Below, piece after piece: positions 26,512-32,000 of a DNA stretch of 32,000 nt. A program made the translations under genes and the position numbers. Under the pieces are notes generated by a model. It did no database searches. It saw only the letters and a list, made by a program, of their open reading frames with translations, and was not told where the DNA came from. Positions within the stretch are counted from its first letter, which is position 1, and every line of letters begins with the position of its first letter. The stretch comes from Psychrobacter cryohalolentis K5 (GTDB taxonomy: Bacteria > Pseudomonadota > Gammaproteobacteria > Pseudomonadales > Moraxellaceae): NCBI RefSeq assembly GCF_000013905.1, contig NC_007969.1, positions 1,140,001-1,172,000 on the forward strand, written 5' to 3'.

Positions 26512-27513
26512 TTATAACGAGATGTGTTGGGCTTCACCTTTTTCAAGGGCAAGCTTAGTGGCAGCAGAGGCTACTGCTAAATCCTGTAAACCAACACCCG
26601 TACCATCGAACAAGGTAATCTCATCGTCTGAGCTGCGACCCGGATGCTCACCATTAATGACATCGCCAAGCGTGGTAATATCACTCTCTTTGATAGCACC
26701 AGACTTAATCGCATGCTGGGTTTCACCAAGACTGATTGATTGCGTGATCTCATCTGTAAATACAGTAGCAGCAGCTATTAAATTGACATCAACTTCTTGC
26801 TTACCAACGGTATCGGTACCCATACAGGCGATATGTGTACCGGGTTTGATCCACTCTTTCATCAGTAATGGCTCAAACGCTGAAGTAATAGTAATGATTA
26901 CATCCGCCTCGCTACATAACTGCTCACGCTCAACGGCTTCAAACGGTACGCCTAATTCTTCAGCGACGGCTTGTAGGTTTTTGAGACGATCTTTATTCTT
27001 ATTCCAAGCGACTACTTTTTCGAAATTGCGTTGCTCAAGAGCGGCACGCAGCTGAAAAGTAGACTGATGACCGGCGCCGACCATACCAAGTACTTTGCTG
27101 TCTTTACGTGCTAGATGGGCGATTGATACTGCCGATGCGGCGGCGGTACGTACAGCAGTTAAATAATTGCCGCCGACCAGTGCACGCAATTTACCATTAT
27201 CTGGATTAAATAAGAAAATCGTGGATTGATGATTGGTCAAGCCTTTAGCCGCATTACCTGGCCAGTAGCCACCTGATTTTAGACCTAGTGATTTTCCTGC
27301 ACGGTCAAAACCTGATTTAAAGCCGTATAACGCATCAGCATAGCCAATGGCTTCGCGGATAACAGGGAAGTTATAGGCGTCCCCTCGTGACATTGACGCA
27401 AAAACATTTTCAACGGCGATAAATGCAGAAGGGCGATCAATCACCGATTTGCAAGCGTCTTCTGATACGATCAATAAACCTTCGTCACTATTAACACTAT
27501 TTGCTTCACTCAT
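26512..27513 (-). CDS. bhcD: Ornithine cyclodeaminase/mu-crystallin-family reductase; candidate iminosuccinate reductase
   Basis: The 333-aa ORF has the Rossmann motif LGMVGAGHQS and the OCD-family pattern GTHIACMGTD. It is last in an operon ordered class V aminotransferase, dehydratase, aldolase, OCD. Confidence 0.7.
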   Translation of the reverse strand: MSEANSVNSDEGLLIVSEDACKSVIDRPSAFIAVENVFASMSRGDAYNFPVIREAIGYADALYGFKSGFDRAGKSLGLKSGGYWPGNAAKGLTNHQSTIFLFNPDNGKLRALVGGNYLTAVRTAAASAVSIAHLARKDSKVLGMVGAGHQSTFQLRAALEQRNFEKVVAWNKNKDRLKNLQAVAEELGVPFEAVEREQLCSEADVIITITSAFEPLLMKEWIKPGTHIACMGTDTVGKQEVDVNLIAAATVFTDEITQSISLGETQHAIKSGAIKESDITTLGDVINGEHPGRSSDDEITLFDGTGVGLQDLAVASAATKLALEKGEAQHISL

Positions 27514-27658
27514 TATAAATTCCTTTTTATACTTTTTGATTTGTAATTCTTGAATACTTTAAATGAATAAGGGCTGCTGTAGGCTAAAGCTACAACAGCC
27601 CATCTAAACTAAACGGATAGAATCATACTAATTTAGCTTATAGTTCCTAATACAGTGC

Positions 27659-28813
27659 TTAGTACATTTTACCGCGTGCAGATACTGGCCATACGGTTTC
27701 AACTTTACCATTACGCACACCAATATAGAAATCATGAACGTTACAAGTAGGATCACAATGACCAGGTACCAGTTTTAGTTTTTCATTGATTTCCAGTACG
27801 CCATTTGGATCGCTGACTACGCCATGCTCGTCTGAACATTTAACATATTCAACATCGTCACGACCATAGATGAACGGTAGGCCACTATCAACTGACTGAG
27901 CTTTTAGACCAGCATCAACGATGGCTTTGTCGGTTTTGGCATGGCTCATCACAGACGTTAGGATGAATAATGCATTTTCCCACTCACCAGCATCGATACG
28001 GTTGCCGTCTTCATCTAGAATACGACCGTAATCGGCATCCATAAACGCGTAAGAGCCACACTGTAATTCGTTGAAAACACCTGAATTACTTTCGAAGTAA
28101 TAACTACCTGTACCGCCACCCGATACAAATTCTGGTTTTAGCCCGATTTCAGTTAATGCATCGATTGCTTCTTGTACTTGATCGATAGCGATTTGTGTTT
28201 TCGCTTTACGATCGCTAAAGCTGTCCATGTGTTGCATCGCACCTTGATAAGCTTGGATACCAGTGAATTTTAGATTTTCAGCGGCATCAATTGCTTTGGC
28301 AATCTCAACAACCGCTTCAGTCGTCGTTACACCACAACGCCCAGCACCGCAGTCGATTTCGATATAGCAGTTCAGTTCAGTGCCTGCTTTGGTCGCAGCA
28401 GCTGATAGCTCAGCGACGTTATCGACATCATCGACACAAACGGTAATGGTTGCACCCAACTTAGGTAGATTCGCTAAGCGCTCAATTTTGGCTGGATTAC
28501 GGACTTGGTTTGATACCAATACGTCTTTAATGCCACCACGTACGAATACTTCTGCTTCAGAGACCTTTTGACAGCAAACGCCAATAGCGCCGCCAAGCTC
28601 TTCTTGTAAATTTTGTACATCAACTGATTTGTGCATTTTACCGTGGCTACGGTGACGCATATTATGCGCTTTAGCATAATCGCCCATTTTTTTGACGTTA
28701 CGCTCAAGGGCGTCAAGATCCAAGATCAAACAAGGGGTTTGAATGTCAGCTTCGTCCATACCAACAGCGGCGGGTACGTTGTAACCTACTTCTAATTCGG
28801 CAGTCATTGTCAT
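27659..28813 (-). CDS. bhcC: DSD1/D-threonine-aldolase-like PLP enzyme (alanine-racemase N-terminal fold); candidate beta-hydroxyaspartate aldolase
   Basis: The 384-aa ORF has the N-terminal TPCLILDLDALERNV, the PLP-lysine region RSHGKMHKS and the C-terminal HCDPT metal-site-like motif. Operon context supports the call. Confidence 0.7.
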   Translation of the reverse strand: MTMTAELEVGYNVPAAVGMDEADIQTPCLILDLDALERNVKKMGDYAKAHNMRHRSHGKMHKSVDVQNLQEELGGAIGVCCQKVSEAEVFVRGGIKDVLVSNQVRNPAKIERLANLPKLGATITVCVDDVDNVAELSAAATKAGTELNCYIEIDCGAGRCGVTTTEAVVEIAKAIDAAENLKFTGIQAYQGAMQHMDSFSDRKAKTQIAIDQVQEAIDALTEIGLKPEFVSGGGTGSYYFESNSGVFNELQCGSYAFMDADYGRILDEDGNRIDAGEWENALFILTSVMSHAKTDKAIVDAGLKAQSVDSGLPFIYGRDDVEYVKCSDEHGVVSDPNGVLEINEKLKLVPGHCDPTCNVHDFYIGVRNGKVETVWPVSARGKMY

Positions 28814-28942
28814 TGTAATTCTTCCATGTTATTAGTTAGTGTTATAAAAAGCCGTTTAAACTTGCGCATTACTGGCGCTTAGTTAACGCTTCATTTGTAA
28901 TCAGTTATTGATACCTAATTACTGATATTTAGTTGCCGATCA

Positions 28943-29923
28943 TTAATTCCAAGGCAACTTGTCAAGATCAACGTTACCACCAGTGATGATGACGCCAACC
29001 TTTTTACCGGCAAAAACGTCTTTGTTCTTCAGGATGACAGCAAGCGGCACGGCACAGCTTGGTTCGATGATGATTTTCATATGCGTCCAAGTCAGTTTCA
29101 TCGCTTCAACGATTTCTTCTTCAGTCGCGGTCAAAATATCAGTCACATAATTGCTAACAAAATGCCAAGTCAAATCCTTCAGCGGTACTTTTAAACCATC
29201 GGCAACCGTGTTTGGTGCATCATCAGCGATAATATGACCGGCTTTAAATGAGCGTGCAGCGTCATCAGCGTTTAATGGCTCTGCTGCATAGATTTTGACA
29301 TCTGGTGCTAGGTTCGACAACGTCAAACAAGTACCTGAAATCATACCGCCACCACCAATGGGTGCCACAACCATATCAGGTTTTTCACCAATCTCTTCCA
29401 TTTGTTCTAAAAACTCACGTGAGCAAGTGGCTTGTCCAGCGATAACGCGTGGATCATTGTACGGATGGACAAAGTCGCCGCCTGTTTCTGCTTGAACTTT
29501 GGCAAAGACTTCTTCACGCGATGTGGTTGATGGCTCACATTCGGTGATGATACCGCCATAGCCACGTACCGCGGCTTTTTTAGCTTCAGGCGCGCTATGC
29601 GGCATCACCACATTACATGGTATACCACGCTGGCCTGCAGCATAAGATAAAGATAGGGCATGGTTACCTGAGCTGTGTGTACAAACGCCATTTTTGGCAT
29701 CTTCGTCAGAGAGGCCAAACACTGCATTTGAGGCGCCACGTACTTTAAATGCACCCGCTTTTTGAAAGTTCTCACATTTAAAGAACATCTCACAGCCAGC
29801 CAGCTCATTTAAAAAGCGAGAGGTCAGAACAGGGGTGCGATGGATATATGGTTTGATGCGCTCATGCGCTTCTAACATATCATCAAGGGTTGGAATCACT
29901 AATCCATTATCATTTGTTATCAT
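28943..29923 (-). CDS. bhcB: Serine/threonine dehydratase-family PLP enzyme; candidate beta-hydroxyaspartate dehydratase
   Basis: The ORF is 326 aa. It carries FFKCENFQKAGAFKVRGA (PLP-lysine motif), SSGNHA and the GGGGMISG glycine loop. Confidence 0.75.
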   Translation of the reverse strand: MITNDNGLVIPTLDDMLEAHERIKPYIHRTPVLTSRFLNELAGCEMFFKCENFQKAGAFKVRGASNAVFGLSDEDAKNGVCTHSSGNHALSLSYAAGQRGIPCNVVMPHSAPEAKKAAVRGYGGIITECEPSTTSREEVFAKVQAETGGDFVHPYNDPRVIAGQATCSREFLEQMEEIGEKPDMVVAPIGGGGMISGTCLTLSNLAPDVKIYAAEPLNADDAARSFKAGHIIADDAPNTVADGLKVPLKDLTWHFVSNYVTDILTATEEEIVEAMKLTWTHMKIIIEPSCAVPLAVILKNKDVFAGKKVGVIITGGNVDLDKLPWN

Positions 29924-29986
29924 AAAAAATAGTCCTTCATCTTTTGTTTAACTCTTGTTATTTAATAGCTTGTTATCTAATAAATT

Positions 29987-31162
29987 TTATTTAGTTGGTG
30001 CGCTGTGGCGATAATACTCTTGCGCAGCAGCAACGCCTTGACCCAGTTTAATAGGGTAGCCCAAATCAACCATTGCCATCTCAATCGTTGCAAGCCCTGC
30101 TAGTACCATAACTTCAGTTAATGAACCTAGATGACCGATTCTAAATGCTTTACCATTCATCTCGCCCAAACCAATACCAAATGAGATACCATATTTATTA
30201 AAAGCATGATCGGTCAGCTTGTTACTGTCAAAGCCTTCAGGAACAAAGATGGCGCTGACGGTATTAGAATAAAGGTCAGGTGTTTTTGCACACAGTTTCA
30301 TACCCCAAGCGCTAACCGCTTGTCGTACACCTTCGGCTAGACGGTAATGACGTGCATAGACATTATCAAGGCCTTCATCAAACAACATCTCAAGACTTTC
30401 TCTTAGGCCATAGATGAGATTTAATGGTGGTGTATAAGGGAAGCCGCCGTTGGCATTGGCATTTAACATATCACGAAAAGCAAAATAAGTACGTGGAAGC
30501 TTTGCCTCATCCATATGACTCAAAGCTTTTTGACTGACGCCCAATATTGCCATACCCGTTGCGAGCATAAAGCCTTTTTGTGAGCCGGCAACAGCAACGT
30601 CTACGCCCCAAGCATCCATCTCAAAAGGAACGCAAGCAATTGAGCTAACACCATCTACGAATAATAAAGCAGGGTGGTCACTGCTATCCATGGCTTTACG
30701 AACGGCGCCAATATCACTTAAAACACCTGTTGCTGTTTCGTTATGGGTGACCATGACGGCTTTGATTTCGTGTGCAGTATCTTCGTTTAAAATCGCTTGA
30801 AATTTATCAGCAGGTGCGCCTGTTCCCCAATCGCATTCTACAACTTGCACATCAAGTCCGTGGCGCTGACACATATCGATCCAGCGATGCGAGAACATAC
30901 CATAGCGTGCAATCAGAACTTTATCACCAGGTGACAAGGTATTGCTAATAGCAGCTTCCCAGCCACCTGTGCCGCTAGAGGTAAATAGAATGATTTCGCC
31001 ATCTTGGGTGCCAAATACTTTTTTACAATCAGCAAGCACTGGTAAGAACGTGTCTGAGAAATCAGGCGCACGGTGATCTTGCGTCGGCACGTTCATCGCG
31101 CGACGTAATCTGTCAGGAATATTGGTAGGGCCAGGAATAAAAATTGGGTTTTGTAGCGACAT
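29987..31162 (-). CDS. bhcA: Class V aminotransferase (serine/aspartate-glyoxylate aminotransferase type); candidate aspartate-glyoxylate aminotransferase
   Basis: IFIPGPTNIPDRLRRAM and SQKGF (PLP lysine) are present. The preferred start is ATG 31162, 8 nt after AAGGA. The ORF-track start 31222 adds 20 unlikely residues. Confidence 0.75.
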   Translation of the reverse strand: MSLQNPIFIPGPTNIPDRLRRAMNVPTQDHRAPDFSDTFLPVLADCKKVFGTQDGEIILFTSSGTGGWEAAISNTLSPGDKVLIARYGMFSHRWIDMCQRHGLDVQVVECDWGTGAPADKFQAILNEDTAHEIKAVMVTHNETATGVLSDIGAVRKAMDSSDHPALLFVDGVSSIACVPFEMDAWGVDVAVAGSQKGFMLATGMAILGVSQKALSHMDEAKLPRTYFAFRDMLNANANGGFPYTPPLNLIYGLRESLEMLFDEGLDNVYARHYRLAEGVRQAVSAWGMKLCAKTPDLYSNTVSAIFVPEGFDSNKLTDHAFNKYGISFGIGLGEMNGKAFRIGHLGSLTEVMVLAGLATIEMAMVDLGYPIKLGQGVAAAQEYYRHSAPTK

Positions 31163-31731
31163 GATTGACATCCTTGTAAGTGCATATAAAGGGGCACGAT
31201 TGTTGTATAAGCAGGGGTTCATGCGAATTTAATGCAAGAGTCTTCCTGACTCATACAGTTTGTGTTTTTAAGATTTAAAAAATTAACCATGTCAAAGAAA
31301 GGAGTTGCAGGTGATTGGTCACTTTACTACTTACTGCGTTCTTATTATGGTGTTCTTGCGGTAACGATTTTTACGAAGGATAAAATAAGAGGTTTTGGTT
31401 GAAAAAGTGTAGATACTCATCAACTGGTTAAAATATAGCACTAATAGTAAGTTGTAACAAGGTGTTTTTAAATAACCTTTGTGCTAGACTTCTCAAGACT
31501 ATTACAGTGATTGTTTTGTGTAAATAGCCGATATTAGTTCTATTTATTCTTTTATGCTTTGACCGCAATAATTCATGATTGCTATTTCAGTTGTATGATG
31601 TCTTCAAGAGCTGCTATAACTTCAGTATAATAGGGATTCTTGCCGACAACTTTGCCTTGATGGGTTATATCAATTGGATAACGTTTGTATCGCTATTCTT
31701 GATTACTAAGCCATCACATTTAAGTTATCTG

Positions 31732-31785
31732 TTAGATAGCCTCTGCTTTACATTCTGTACTATATCTCTGCAATTTTTTGGTCAT
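31732..31785 (-). pseudogene. Possible remnant of an IS3-family orfA (first 17 codons, then stop and decayed sequence)
   Basis: The minus strand reads ATG ACC AAA AAA TTG CAG AGA TAT AGT ACA GAA TGT AAA GCA GAG GCT ATC TAA. That gives MTKKLQRYSTECKAEAI*, which resembles the RYSxEFKxEA start of IS3-type OrfA proteins. Downstream frames are broken. Confidence 0.3.
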
Positions 31786-32000
31786 GGTAAGCGCCTCGTC
31801 CAGTGGTTAGTTTACTAAGTTTATCTTTACAGTTTCTTCAGCATCGCTCAATTTCTAACTTGCTAAAAACAACTTATTCAATTAAGAAAATACGATAAAA
31901 AATCCTTCATTATCAATGTTGAGGGTTTACAAAAGACATTGTATTTATTATAGATATCAATTCCTTAAGAATGTCAGCTTGAACGAATTTGAGCAAGCTA

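Noticed and set aside
24683-29808. Shadow-frame ORFs: plus-strand 24683-24988, 24783-25046, 26522-27055, 28380-28571, 28959-29150 and 29295-29495, and minus-strand alternate-frame 25826-26023, 28474-28716 and 29605-29808
   Set aside because: They are antisense or alternate frames of the oxidoreductase fusion and the bhc-like genes. The 177-aa ORF 26522-27055 is Ser/Ala/Pro/Cys-rich, as expected for the reverse frame of a GC-richer gene.
11909-31222. Long N-terminal extensions suggested by the ORF track for glpM (11909), the hydroxylase (19404), the Cys-rich small gene (7237) and bhcA (31222)
   Set aside because: Internal starts with better Shine-Dalgarno spacing exist at 11999 or 12014, 19338, 7180 and 31162. 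They remove large overlaps with upstream genes or non-family leader residues. These starts remain predictions.
31579-31818. 79-aa plus-strand ORF upstream of bhcA
   Set aside because: It starts at a non-ATG codon, lies in AT-rich sequence, has no RBS and encodes a hydrophobic low-complexity product. It lies antisense to the possible IS3 orfA relic, so it is probably non-coding.

Overview
The window looks like an AT-leaning gammaproteobacterial chromosome. Gene content resembles Moraxellaceae or Psychrobacter, but that taxon is a guess. Nt 1 to about 9.8 kb is the tRNA-proximal end of an integrative genomic island next to tRNA-Gly(GCC). Its cargo is the distal three genes of a type I Zorya anti-phage system: zorB (cut by the window edge), zorC and the Snf2-helicase gene zorD. 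zorA should lie just upstream of nt 1. An IS256-family element (5452-6820, 8-bp target duplication GCCAGACA) has inserted into a terminator hairpin downstream of zorD, and its transposase is split into two frames. The island core follows: an AlpA-like gene, a tyrosine integrase and two translationally coupled small unknown genes, plus a divergent XRE-type HTH gene, putative operators and phased octamer repeats. The remaining 22 kb looks like core genome. It holds ipdC-like decarboxylase, glpM, nhaP2, a DUF2058 gene, and a TetR gene whose likely 16-bp operator pairs recur at two loci with identical spacing. It also holds an 8-kb same-strand cluster led by a DedA-disulfide-oxidoreductase fusion, with a YnjBCD-like ABC transporter, a YnjF-like CDP-alcohol transferase and a fatty-acid hydroxylase. 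Last is a four-gene set matching the beta-hydroxyaspartate cycle (bhcABCD) with no adjacent regulator. No CRISPR array or rRNA was seen. All family calls come from motif recognition by eye and need HMM or BLAST confirmation.
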